From the NCBI GenBank assembly GCA_024692165.1, contig JAILMY010000095.1:1-60802 (forward strand): a stretch of DNA of 60,802 bases, in the 5' to 3' direction. The DNA comes from Butyrivibrio sp. GTDB lineage: Bacteria > Bacillota > Clostridia > Lachnospirales > Lachnospiraceae. Positions 10,335 to 20,167 of the stretch are shown here, piece after piece. The position numbers and the translations under genes were made by a program. Positions within the stretch are counted from its first letter, which is position 1, and each line of letters begins with the position of its first letter. A model generated the notes under the pieces. It had not been told where the DNA came from and searched no databases. It was given only the letters and a program-made list of their open reading frames with translations.

Positions 10335-11375
10335 TTAATAATTTACGCTTACCGATACTGCGTGATAATACTCATCTGAGCCTCTCTGGCATGTAATTTC
10401 AGCTTTCTTTTCTATAAGAAGAATCGGGCACTTTGTAAATACCGTTGAAGCATCGACTCTTATAGTCATCAGTCCTCCATCAGTGGCAAGATAGATGGTG
10501 CCTTCATCTGTGCTGTTGGCTATATATCCTGAAACTGTAACATTGCTGCTCTGATCAAGAGTTACTGCTTCAGAAACCTTGGAGGAGTTATTTACTATTC
10601 TTGAAACATGATTCCAGGCATCATCGCCTCTGTAGAAGTAAACAGTAGCACTCTGTCCCGGTACCATTGCTCTGCACTGGGAAATATCTGATGCAAGATC
10701 CATGACAAATTCCATTGTTCCGCCGTTTGTTGCAAGACGAAGCAGTGAGGTTGTTGTCCCCTTATCGATAGTGCCTGTAACTCCGTTGCCGGATACCTTT
10801 CCTGTAGTTGCAATTGATGTGGTGTTATTCATTCCTGAATCTGAAATGGAAATGGCATGCATATAAGCATCAGAGCCCCTTGCGCATACAACACTGACAG
10901 TTCTGCCGATTATCAGATACTTGCATCCGCTTATATCTGTTTCGGGATCCAATTTGATATGCATGGTTCCGTTGGAAATAACCAGGTAGAGCATCTCCTC
11001 GTTAGTTCCCTTTGCTATGGTGCCCTTTACAGTGGCCTTATTGGATGTATCTACTGTGACTTTTCCGGAGGATACGTTTCCGGATATCTTGGACGCGTGC
11101 CAATATTCATCGGCAGCGGTATAGATTGCACATGTCAGAGTATTGCCCGGTAAAAGAAATTTCGCTTCGCTGGTGTCTGTGTTGGCATCCAGCTTGATCT
11201 GCATCGTTCCGCCGCTGGTATCAAGATACAGCACATCAGAGGTGGTACTGTCGCTGACAGTTCCTGTGATCGTCATCTCTGCCGCTTCAGTTCTGGTAGG
11301 AGAAACAACCACACAGACAAAAACAAAAGTTACCATAAGCAAAACACTTAATAATGCAGACAGTCTTTTATTCAT
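10335..11375 (-). CDS. Secreted hypothetical protein made of four ~80-aa beta-rich repeats
   Basis: Signal peptide ending TEA-A. Four repeats starting T(I/V)xG(T/Y)(I/V) and ending in a D-x-(Y/W)-x-H-(A/V) motif. Confidence 0.8.
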   Translation of the reverse strand: MNKRLSALLSVLLMVTFVFVCVVVSPTRTEAAEMTITGTVSDSTTSDVLYLDTSGGTMQIKLDANTDTSEAKFLLPGNTLTCAIYTAADEYWHASKISGNVSSGKVTVDTSNKATVKGTIAKGTNEEMLYLVISNGTMHIKLDPETDISGCKYLIIGRTVSVVCARGSDAYMHAISISDSGMNNTTSIATTGKVSGNGVTGTIDKGTTTSLLRLATNGGTMEFVMDLASDISQCRAMVPGQSATVYFYRGDDAWNHVSRIVNNSSKVSEAVTLDQSSNVTVSGYIANSTDEGTIYLATDGGLMTIRVDASTVFTKCPILLIEKKAEITCQRGSDEYYHAVSVSVNY

Positions 11376-11470
11376 AATGGACCCCCTTACTTGCTTTCAT
11401 AACACAATATATACTATTACCCAATGATAATTATACATCATGTTGTGTTGGCATGGAAGTCCATTTATCA

Positions 11471-13993
11471 TCAATTAATCAGTTCTTCAATCCTTTTCCA
11501 GTCAAATAATTTCAGTGCTTTTTCAATATCACCTATTATTTTTTGGTCCTCAGAGGGCATTTCATACTCTTTGAGTTTTTTGATGATGGCATCAATGGCA
11601 TCGTAGTCCATTTCCTTCGCAAATCGTCCAATGGCTTCATAGGAATCCTTAAGGTCAATTGCTGATATTTCCTCAGTATTTTCCTGCAGAACATCGGCCT
11701 CGAAAACCACATCGGCAATAGGTGCCAGTCTTTCTGAATATGATCTGTATTCCTTCACCAGGGCATCGTGATTCAAAGCTATATACTCATAATCCTTCTG
11801 CTTTCCTGCCTTCTCCAGCGCAGCAGCCATTTCGCTCAGCCTTGTGGCTCCGATTATCCTCGCGGAGGCCTTAAGAGCATGAATCTTTATGATATATAGC
11901 TTATAATCCTTGTCCTCAAATGCTTTCTCTATTACTTTGCAGTGATCATCAATGGTTTCATGGAACATCTTCAAAGAATAGGAGAACGGGAATGCTCCTC
12001 CGTTATTCTTGATTCCCTCATCGATGTTTATAGAGTCTACTTTTCTAAGCCACGCAAGATCATCCGCGAGATCCTCAAGGCCTTCGCCTACGTAATAAGA
12101 TACTTCCAGCTTGGTAATCTTTTCCTCCGGAAGGTGCTTCTTAATGGCATTCTCCAGAGTTCTTCCGTCAACAGGCTTAGGGATGTATCCATCAAAACCA
12201 TAGGACTTATACACTTCTTCTGCATCGGGGTAATAATTAGCAGTAAGCGCTAACACCGGCATCTTGTACCCGGCATCTCTTATTGCCTTCAAGGTCTCCA
12301 CACCGTCCATCTCCGGCATCATATGATCGAGAATGACAATATCAAACTGCTCCTGTTTCATAAGCTCAAGGCATTCTTTGCCCGACATGGCGGTAGTTAC
12401 CTGCATACTGGTTATCCTGAGAAGTCCTATCATAACCCGGAGGTTCATCTCATTATCATCAACCACAAGAACCTTTGCCTCAGGAGCGGTAAACTGCGGA
12501 AGGTACGGACCTCTTATCTGGGTTTCACCGACTTCTTCAAAGACTCCTATAGGTTCATCCCTGGCAATCTTCTGCCATACTTCAAAAATGAACTCTGAAC
12601 CGCTTCCGTAGGTGCTCTCACACCAGAGCTTTCCTCCCATAAGGTCCGAAAACTGCTTGGAAATGTGAAGTCCAAGCCCTGTGCCCTGAATACCACTGTT
12701 CTTGGCCTCTTCCAGACGATCAAAGGCGGAAAAAAGCTTGTTCAGATCCTCTGGTTTTACGCCAATTCCGGTATCCTTTACGGAAAATTGCATGCGGCAA
12801 CGATCACCATTCTTTTCCAGCATCTTAACAGTGAGCTTAAAGCCGCCTTTTTCCGTGTATTTAACCGCATTGGTCAATAAATTCAGCACTATCTGTTTTA
12901 TTTTTCCCTGATCTCCGTAAAGCATGCAGGGAATGTTCTTATCTATATCCAGGTCAAATTCAAGCTGTTTCTGCTTGCTCCTTACTCTTATCATGGTGAC
13001 AATGCTCTGGATCTGTTCCTTGAAATCGTACTCCTGCTCCACCAGATTCATCTTTCCGGACTCAATCTTGGAAATATCCAGAATATCATTTATAAGGTTC
13101 AAAAGAGTCTCAGACGCTGCCTTAATATCATAGGCATAGCCCACAACTGACATGAAATAAGGCTTTGGAACGCCTTCCGGGATCTCTCTAAGGATCATTT
13201 CATCCATTCCCATGATCGTATTGATAGGCGTACGTATTTCATGGGACATATTGGCAAGAAACCTGGATTTGGCGTTACTTGCCCTCTCTGCCGCCATCCT
13301 GGCTTCCTGAATCTTATTCATATTCATAATTTCAAAAATATAAAGTGCCACACACATTCCAACCATGGAAATATTGATCAGCGAAACTCCATAGAATATA
13401 AACTGAGCAAATACAGCCACAAACGGAATGATTGAAAAGAGAATAACCGGTACAAATACCATATTTTCAAACACACGCCTGTATCTGATAATCGTTATAA
13501 ATTCAATCAGCATTATCAAAACCGGGAAAACATAGCTAATTACATACCCCGGAGCTCTCTGATATCTATTCTGATCATCGAAGGTATAATACAGTCCTGT
13601 AAACTGTGAAACTGCCAACATTATCAGACCCAGGGAAAAAATAATCTCGCATACCACCAGGGATTTAGGAATCTTGCCTACTGTATCAGATTTCAGATAC
13701 AGATCCATCAGATATATATTAAAAGAGTGAATGACAAACAGTGACATCATGAAGACAAAAAAGTTAGAGACCCGTACCATATAATAGCCGGTATCACTGA
13801 CATCGCCGCGATAAATATACGCAAAGCGATCCGCCAAAAGAAGGATCATGGCTTCAAATTCCATGAAAACAAGAGCGTGCTTTCTTTGACGCGAAAGAGT
13901 CTTTGTGGATAGCGCAAGTATCACCAGTACTCCGCATCCACCACTTAGGAAAAGCATTAGATCAAGTTGGAATTCTCTTAACCATTCCAGCAT
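11471..13993 (-). CDS. Hybrid sensor histidine kinase / response regulator (multi-TM sensor, HisKA, HATPase, REC, Hpt)
   Basis: FLANMSHEIRTP (H box), NLLTNAVKYT, DTGIG, GTGLGL, VLVVDDN..ILDHMMPEMDG, and IHALKASARIIGA (Hpt). Confidence 0.93.
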   Translation of the reverse strand: MLEWLREFQLDLMLFLSGGCGVLVILALSTKTLSRQRKHALVFMEFEAMILLLADRFAYIYRGDVSDTGYYMVRVSNFFVFMMSLFVIHSFNIYLMDLYLKSDTVGKIPKSLVVCEIIFSLGLIMLAVSQFTGLYYTFDDQNRYQRAPGYVISYVFPVLIMLIEFITIIRYRRVFENMVFVPVILFSIIPFVAVFAQFIFYGVSLINISMVGMCVALYIFEIMNMNKIQEARMAAERASNAKSRFLANMSHEIRTPINTIMGMDEMILREIPEGVPKPYFMSVVGYAYDIKAASETLLNLINDILDISKIESGKMNLVEQEYDFKEQIQSIVTMIRVRSKQKQLEFDLDIDKNIPCMLYGDQGKIKQIVLNLLTNAVKYTEKGGFKLTVKMLEKNGDRCRMQFSVKDTGIGVKPEDLNKLFSAFDRLEEAKNSGIQGTGLGLHISKQFSDLMGGKLWCESTYGSGSEFIFEVWQKIARDEPIGVFEEVGETQIRGPYLPQFTAPEAKVLVVDDNEMNLRVMIGLLRITSMQVTTAMSGKECLELMKQEQFDIVILDHMMPEMDGVETLKAIRDAGYKMPVLALTANYYPDAEEVYKSYGFDGYIPKPVDGRTLENAIKKHLPEEKITKLEVSYYVGEGLEDLADDLAWLRKVDSINIDEGIKNNGGAFPFSYSLKMFHETIDDHCKVIEKAFEDKDYKLYIIKIHALKASARIIGATRLSEMAAALEKAGKQKDYEYIALNHDALVKEYRSYSERLAPIADVVFEADVLQENTEEISAIDLKDSYEAIGRFAKEMDYDAIDAIIKKLKEYEMPSEDQKIIGDIEKALKLFDWKRIEELIN

Positions 13994-14180
13994 TATATCC
14001 CCCTATCACTTAATCGTTTGCAATGCAAGCAAAATGGACATTTTTAATATTTTTTTTAGAAAGCCCTCTAAATTTTATGGAATCTTAATTGCAAAAACAG
14101 ATTAAGTACACATTTATAGTTTATGATAATCACATACATGTGAAAAGTGTGAAATTGATTTTTGTAGGAGCGGCACTACT

Positions 14181-14336
14181 ATGGAAAACTCAAACAGCAA
14201 AAAGAACGACAAGATAATAGAGACTGTAAACTACAATGGAAAATATGTCGATGTAAGCACTATAAGAACCAGGATCATTTCTGCAGCAATTGCTCTTGTT
14301 GCACTGGTTTCCGTAGGAGTTATTATTTTGTTCTAA
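14181..14336 (+). CDS. Small 51-aa protein with C-terminal transmembrane helix
   Basis: Not in the ORF track. AGGAG at 14166-14170, then MENSNSKKNDKIIETVNYNGKYVDVSTIRTRIISAAIALVALVSVGVIILF*, followed by a terminator hairpin. Confidence 0.65.
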   Translation: MENSNSKKNDKIIETVNYNGKYVDVSTIRTRIISAAIALVALVSVGVIILF

Positions 14337-14385
14337 AAAATTCCGGCTTGATTTCGTATTAAGCTTATATACCTTGTAAAAAATC

Positions 14386-14410
14386 AGGAGAATGCAGCTT
14401 GCATTCTCCT
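14386..14410. terminator. Bidirectional intrinsic terminator
   Basis: AGGAGAATGC-agctt-GCATTCTCCT with an A-tract on the left and a T-rich tract on the right, between convergent genes. Confidence 0.75.
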
Positions 14411-14439
14411 TTATCTTTTATGAATCTGTTCCGGATCAT

Positions 14440-17400
14440 TTAGTCCTTAATGCCCTTAAGCATCTTTTTGTTCTCGTACATTCTGGCATCGGCTCTTTCA
14501 AATACCGTTGCAACCCTCTTGTCGCGGTTCTTATAAAACGCCATTCCGGCCGCAATGACTACATCACCCTTTTCTTTGTTCCTTCTGTTGATGTCGCTAA
14601 GTCTTTGCATCAATTCTGCAATATTGTCATAGTCAGTACCCTGAACGATTGCAACAAACTCATCTCCGCCTACCCTATAAACCGGGCTATGAGCAAAGGT
14701 TTTACATATGATAAGACAACCATCTTTAATGAATTTATCTCCTGCCTGATGCCCGTAAGTATCATTTATGAACTTAAGGCCGTTCAGATCACATACAACA
14801 ATAGCAAACTCCGAAATCTCATCCGCAGCAATCATATCATTGAGCCTGCGCTCAACCTCAGCATAGGCATGCTTATTCTTTACGCCGGTAAGTTCATCGA
14901 TATTGGCCTTATCTCTGGCTGCTGAAAGGTTTCTGGCATATTCCTGATCTCGCTTAACCTGTGCATCAATATTGAATACACCAACTATCAGTTTCGGACC
15001 ATCTTTTTCTTCCACCATACCTACTCTGAGACTGACATAGTTAGGCTGTCCATTCATAAGAAGCCTATAGTATAAAGTGAATGCTCCAGAGCTATTGACT
15101 GCCTCAAGAATCCTATCCTTTGTAACCATATCATTGAACATATCCAGATCTTCGGCATAGACAGTCCACTGACTGTTTGTATAAGCATCTTTGAAAAAGT
15201 CCTTACCGGATTTTGAAAGACCCAAAGCAGCATATTCTTCCTCTATAGCATATTCCGTATACTCGTTGGTCTCAGGATCAACAACATAGATACAGATATT
15301 GTCTGAAGACAATGCCGACAATCTTGCAAAGGCTACCTGTTCTTCCTTGATCCTCTCATATTCCGCCCGCTGCTTCATCTGGGCGTCCACGTTGTTTACA
15401 CCGATAATAATGTGATTACCGGTAGTTTTAATCGGCAACACCTTCATATTAACGTAGGTCGGAGTACCATCAATCATCAGACGATAAGTCATATTAAAGG
15501 TTCCATTTTTATCCAGATTCTTCTGAACATTCTCTTTAGTAAACGTATTAAGGAACTGCTCCAGATCATCCGGATAAATAGCAGCCGGCGCATCCTTGTG
15601 GGCAGCATTAAAGAAGTCTTCTCCATGGCGCTCCATAGGAAGATCACCAAAATCGCTGTCGGCGGCGTATTCAATAAACTGATCATTATCCATATCAACA
15701 TAGTAAATATTGATATAGTCCTCGGACAGAGCCCTTGCCACGTGTGTATAAGTCAGTCCTGTCGTTGCAGATGTCTTGTCGATAAAGGAGAGTACCACTG
15801 CAGCTACTGCCACCACTCCGGTAACAGGATTAACAGCAATCCTGCGAACAAACAGCTGCACAATGCCGCCATTTAGTGTTCTCTCTTCCATGATGGCTCT
15901 TTTTCCATCTCTTGCACAGTGCCTTAAGGCTTTTATGGAGTTTCCCCAGGCTCCATCTTTATAGTCCTTGTAAGAAAACTCGCTTTTTCCCTCAACTCCC
16001 TGCAGAGCCAGTCCCACAAATTCCCTGTAGGATTTATTGGCACGGACCAAAGAAAGGCTCGTTTCACCCACCTCATATATTGCCATTGGTAAGGTGTCAA
16101 AATAGTTTTTAAGAGAACTGTCATCATTCTTGGATGTGGCAAGATCATACAGATTCACCCTTCCTAGCGCTTCATAATAATCTACTTCTTCAGGATTTTC
16201 GAAGCCTATCTGGATTCCCTTTCTGTTTCGTTCGTAGATTTCCTCCAGAGAATTTGGCTTTGAATAATAGGTTCCCTGAAGCTTGGTACAACCAATCTCA
16301 TTAAGGAATTCAACCTGTTCTTCGCTCTCTACACCCTCAGCCACAGTATCCATATTAAGGGCCATGATCATTCTGATGATCTCAGAAAGAACAATCATTC
16401 CGTTATCACTGCCGTTCTGTTCTATCTGCTGAATAAAAGATATATCAATCTTAACCAGATCAAAGTGAATCTTCTGCAGAATCGTCGGTGATGCATTACC
16501 GCTACCATAGTTATCCAGCCATACAGAAAATCCCAGGTCTTGGAATCGCTCAACCTGCTTCTTCATGAATTCAAGATCATCGGAAATCGTGCTTTCAGCT
16601 ATCTCCAACGTAAGATAGGCTCTTTCAATTCCTGCATTATCTACGCGCTTTCTCACCTCTTCAACCATGTCACAGGCATAGAAGTCCTCTTTTGCCAGAT
16701 TAACAGTCTGAGGAACCATGAATAAGCCATGGGCCACCTGATCCTTAAGCTTTTTAAGCACCTGCTCCACAACGCACAGATCCAGTTTATAGATCGAATT
16801 TCTCTCTCTTAGGATAGAAATAAAGTCTCCCGGGGACATAAAACCGTTCTCCGGATCATTCCATCTGGCAAGGCACTCCTCTTCAGAGACCCTACCGTTG
16901 GCAGCACGGACAATAGGCTGATAATGTACCTCAATCCAGCCCTCTTCCACAGCTTTATCTATGTTATTCATGACATACTGATGCTTTTCCAGAGTCTCGA
17001 TCATGGAATAGTCAAAATAGTACGCCTGGGAGGTAGCTACCTCTTTTCCTGTTTCGCAGGCAATCCTGGCCCTGTCATAGGCTGAAGAAATAGCCGCTGT
17101 CCCAAATTCATCAATATATACGCCAACCCTAATGGGAAGATTTTTCCCCTCGTCTATGGTTTTACACTCCTCAAAAAGGGACTGCAGTCTTGCATCAAGT
17201 CCCTTAGCCTTAGTGAAGACAGCAAAATGATCTGCAGCGAAATGACTGCAGTTCTTATCAGAAAAATGTTTGATTAAAACCTGTGAAAACTTACAAATAA
17301 GCTTATCACCCTCGGCAAAGCCGTATTGCTCGTTGAATTCCTTCATTCCGATGAAATCCATGAACAACAATGCCACTGCATCGCCCTGATCTATCAGAGC

Positions 17401-17928
17401 CTTTCTGCCTTCCTGGGCAAGCTCAAAGAAATAAGACATTCCGGGAAGTCCCGTAACATAGTCATAATTAGCCTTTTTAAAGAGATCCCTCTCACCGATA
17501 GCCTCCAGGAGCGATTCACTAAACCGCCCCACCCTTCCGGTATCTTTTCCACTTATGGATCCCTCATCTGCATACCAGACAGCCGCCAATCTGGCCTCCA
17601 CCTTTGGTATTTGCCGCCCGTATGCGTGAATCACTCTATAATCTCCATCTCTAAGGAGACGATATATAACGTTAAGGGTTCCTCCATACTTATCAAAATT
17701 TGCGACCGCATTGGAAACATATTCGAGATCATCGGGATGAATATTATGGAATATATCATCAGCCACCAGAGAATAAGCATCTTCCCTGGATACTCCAATT
17801 ATCTCACAGAAGCCCTGTGAAAGCGCAACAGCAACAGACCTCTTGTCGATTCTTTGGTATATCGCAAAAGGCACAAGACTGCTCTCTATAAGCCGAAGCT
17901 CTTTTTCATCGTATTGGTAATAGTCCAC
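14440..17928 (-). CDS. Multidomain c-di-GMP enzyme: PAS, degenerate GGDEF, EAL, PAS-like, GGDEF
   Basis: First GGDEF site reads AADHF. EAL region: YQPIV..ECLARW..DNYGSG..VAEGVE..LQG. C-terminal YRVGGDEFV is intact. Start moved to GTG 17928, which follows GGAGGG. Confidence 0.88.
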   Translation of the reverse strand: MDYYQYDEKELRLIESSLVPFAIYQRIDKRSVAVALSQGFCEIIGVSREDAYSLVADDIFHNIHPDDLEYVSNAVANFDKYGGTLNVIYRLLRDGDYRVIHAYGRQIPKVEARLAAVWYADEGSISGKDTGRVGRFSESLLEAIGERDLFKKANYDYVTGLPGMSYFFELAQEGRKALIDQGDAVALLFMDFIGMKEFNEQYGFAEGDKLICKFSQVLIKHFSDKNCSHFAADHFAVFTKAKGLDARLQSLFEECKTIDEGKNLPIRVGVYIDEFGTAAISSAYDRARIACETGKEVATSQAYYFDYSMIETLEKHQYVMNNIDKAVEEGWIEVHYQPIVRAANGRVSEEECLARWNDPENGFMSPGDFISILRERNSIYKLDLCVVEQVLKKLKDQVAHGLFMVPQTVNLAKEDFYACDMVEEVRKRVDNAGIERAYLTLEIAESTISDDLEFMKKQVERFQDLGFSVWLDNYGSGNASPTILQKIHFDLVKIDISFIQQIEQNGSDNGMIVLSEIIRMIMALNMDTVAEGVESEEQVEFLNEIGCTKLQGTYYSKPNSLEEIYERNRKGIQIGFENPEEVDYYEALGRVNLYDLATSKNDDSSLKNYFDTLPMAIYEVGETSLSLVRANKSYREFVGLALQGVEGKSEFSYKDYKDGAWGNSIKALRHCARDGKRAIMEERTLNGGIVQLFVRRIAVNPVTGVVAVAAVVLSFIDKTSATTGLTYTHVARALSEDYINIYYVDMDNDQFIEYAADSDFGDLPMERHGEDFFNAAHKDAPAAIYPDDLEQFLNTFTKENVQKNLDKNGTFNMTYRLMIDGTPTYVNMKVLPIKTTGNHIIIGVNNVDAQMKQRAEYERIKEEQVAFARLSALSSDNICIYVVDPETNEYTEYAIEEEYAALGLSKSGKDFFKDAYTNSQWTVYAEDLDMFNDMVTKDRILEAVNSSGAFTLYYRLLMNGQPNYVSLRVGMVEEKDGPKLIVGVFNIDAQVKRDQEYARNLSAARDKANIDELTGVKNKHAYAEVERRLNDMIAADEISEFAIVVCDLNGLKFINDTYGHQAGDKFIKDGCLIICKTFAHSPVYRVGGDEFVAIVQGTDYDNIAELMQRLSDINRRNKEKGDVVIAAGMAFYKNRDKRVATVFERADARMYENKKMLKGIKD

Positions 17929-17991
17929 GTCTGCCCTCCACTGGTCCGTGAAAAAGGTCATGGCAAACATTTATCTCCGAATTAACGCAAT

Positions 17992-18014
17992 AGAAAGCGC
18001 TTGCAATTATTATA
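17992..18014 (-). promoter_or_regulatory. -10 box (TATAAT) followed by a cre/LacI-type operator TGCAAGCGCTTTCT
   Basis: Minus strand TATAAT (18014-18009), AAT, then TGCAAGCGCTTTCT (18005-17992), upstream of the GGDEF/EAL gene. Confidence 0.55.
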
Positions 18015-18047
18015 TCGAATATCGCATGTATTTTCCATAGGGTATTC

Positions 18048-18623
18048 TTAATCTCTGCCCCTGCCTTTCAGCGCAAATATGATCAAAAATACATATATAA
18101 AACCGATACATGCTGTCAGAAACTGATAAAGTGAAAATGTGGTCTGGAAAACACCCATTTTGCCCCTTAGAGGACTCTCTGCAGGAATAAATGTAGGCAG
18201 GAGCCACAGCGATATTGTAAGCCCCATAAACAAGCCCTTTGCCAGAGCACAGACAACGCTCAGGATCATATTTTTAACGTTAATCGGCTTTCTTCCGGCC
18301 TTATCGATTTCTTTTTTCAATATGAAATGCACTGCCACCGCCAGCACACAGTTTCCCAGCATGATAAACGGAATGATCAGCGGAACTGCGGTCATCACAG
18401 GAGATGCTGCGATGATATATGCCGTAATAGGAGTTATCACACTTAAGATAATTCCGCAGGGCAGATTAACCATGAGCACCGCCAGTGCTATACAGGTATT
18501 TATGATCGGCCCCGTGATGAAGATGCTCAGATTCTTGAAAAACTGGCTGATAATGCAGATAGCCAGAAGAATCGCTGTTGTTGTGATCTGTTTCGCCCCA
18601 AAAATACTTTTTTTCTCGTCCAA
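18048..18623 (-). CDS. ECF transporter S component (substrate unknown)
   Basis: Hydrophobic 191 aa; ITTTAILLAICI..ITGPIINT..IPFIMLGN pattern; TTG start after GAGGGGAG. Confidence 0.75.
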   Translation of the reverse strand: MDEKKSIFGAKQITTTAILLAICIISQFFKNLSIFITGPIINTCIALAVLMVNLPCGIILSVITPITAYIIAASPVMTAVPLIIPFIMLGNCVLAVAVHFILKKEIDKAGRKPINVKNMILSVVCALAKGLFMGLTISLWLLPTFIPAESPLRGKMGVFQTTFSLYQFLTACIGFIYVFLIIFALKGRGRD

Positions 18624-18649
18624 TTTTATTAGCTCCCCTCAACAATTTA

Positions 18650-20089
18650 TTAATCTGTTCTTGTGCTCTTGGTCTCCTGTTTATTCTTGTACATACGCTC
18701 ATCAGCCCGCTTAAATACGTCATCCATTGATTTATCATTGCCAGCTTCATATATAGCCATGCCATAGGCAGCCGAGAATCTTTCCCAAGGTTCTTTGTCA
18801 GTATTATTGGAAGACAGCTCAAAAGCCGCCTTCAACTGTTCAAACAAAGCATCCCTGTTGTCATAGTCCCTGTTTTCCAAAAGAACTACAAACTCGTCCC
18901 CACCTACTCTGAATACAGGTGAATGATCATATATGATACAGATCTGATGGCATGAACCGAAAATATAGTCATTTCCATGCTCATGACCATATCCGTCGTT
19001 TACCTTCTTTAGATGGTTAAGATCCACCATGACAATACCAAATCTTGCCCTTCCGGCAGCAATATCCCCGTCCACTCTCTCCTTGGTCTTATCATACCAC
19101 GCTTTGTTCTTAACATGTGTAAGAGCATCCTGATAAGCCACCATATCCATGTGACTTACCTTGTTCCTCATGTCTTTTACCTGATCCTCCGCGTCCAGGA
19201 TGTTCTTCACATAAGCCTTCATATCTTTAGACATCATGTCCACGGCATTTGACAGAGCTTCTACCTCGTTCTGAGTATGGATCACGGGAGGAGTATATGT
19301 CAGCAATTCCGGATCCTTTTGCTCATGGGATCTTTCAGCAAAAGAAACCACACTCTTTTCCAGCAGTGTAATTGGATCTGTAATATTCCTTGTCATCCAT
19401 ATCAGGAACAATGTAATAAAAAATGAACCCAGTATAATTATAAGGACAATGTTTGTAATAGTGTATGTTCTTATATTGTTTTCAAGCTCAGATACATCAA
19501 TATCAACACAAAGAAGTCCGATTGGTTCGCCATTTGAGCTTTTTAAAAGCTTAGAAGCAGTGTAATCATATCCCCAAACACTGAAGTTCTTAAAGAAACT
19601 GATCTTATCAGTTTCCATAGCCTCCAGATATGGCACCATCTCGCTGCTTTCATAGTCGTCATCCGAGATCAAACCAAGATAATACCCGTCCGGAGCTGTT
19701 TCACGGCCAAGAGCTGTATCCGCACTGAAAATATTCATCATTAAAGGAGGATCTTTAGATATGGGCTTTACAATATAAAGATAATGAATGTCAAAGTCCT
19801 CCATGATTCCATCCATAAACTTTCCAAGCTCAATGAATTTCTCGGACTCTTCCAAGGTTTCGACGCACTTTGCCAAATCATCCTTGTCTATATGCCTCTC
19901 CACATATTCAAGGATGTCTGTCATTCGTGCATTATATGAACTATAAAGAGACTGCGTATATGTCTTATAGGTATGAATACTCAGGATAAGACACATCATA
20001 GCAATGAACTCAGAGCAGCCTATGATTATGCTTCTTTTTAAAGGCTTCTTAAAAGTACTCATGATATCATCTCTTAATATCGACAACAT
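18650..20089 (-). CDS. Membrane diguanylate cyclase (TM, extracellular sensor, HAMP, GGDEF)
   Basis: Two TMs, HAMP-like ITDPITLL..NEVEALS, DALTHVKN and FRVGGDEFV. The start may be ATG 20062. Confidence 0.9.
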   Translation of the reverse strand: MLSILRDDIMSTFKKPLKRSIIIGCSEFIAMMCLILSIHTYKTYTQSLYSSYNARMTDILEYVERHIDKDDLAKCVETLEESEKFIELGKFMDGIMEDFDIHYLYIVKPISKDPPLMMNIFSADTALGRETAPDGYYLGLISDDDYESSEMVPYLEAMETDKISFFKNFSVWGYDYTASKLLKSSNGEPIGLLCVDIDVSELENNIRTYTITNIVLIIILGSFFITLFLIWMTRNITDPITLLEKSVVSFAERSHEQKDPELLTYTPPVIHTQNEVEALSNAVDMMSKDMKAYVKNILDAEDQVKDMRNKVSHMDMVAYQDALTHVKNKAWYDKTKERVDGDIAAGRARFGIVMVDLNHLKKVNDGYGHEHGNDYIFGSCHQICIIYDHSPVFRVGGDEFVVLLENRDYDNRDALFEQLKAAFELSSNNTDKEPWERFSAAYGMAIYEAGNDKSMDDVFKRADERMYKNKQETKSTRTD

Positions 20090-20167
20090 TTGGACGCTAA
20101 TATAATAATAACATATGTCTTTTTCACTTCTCCACTAAAAGTTCTGTAAACTGAAAAAGCCCCATAT

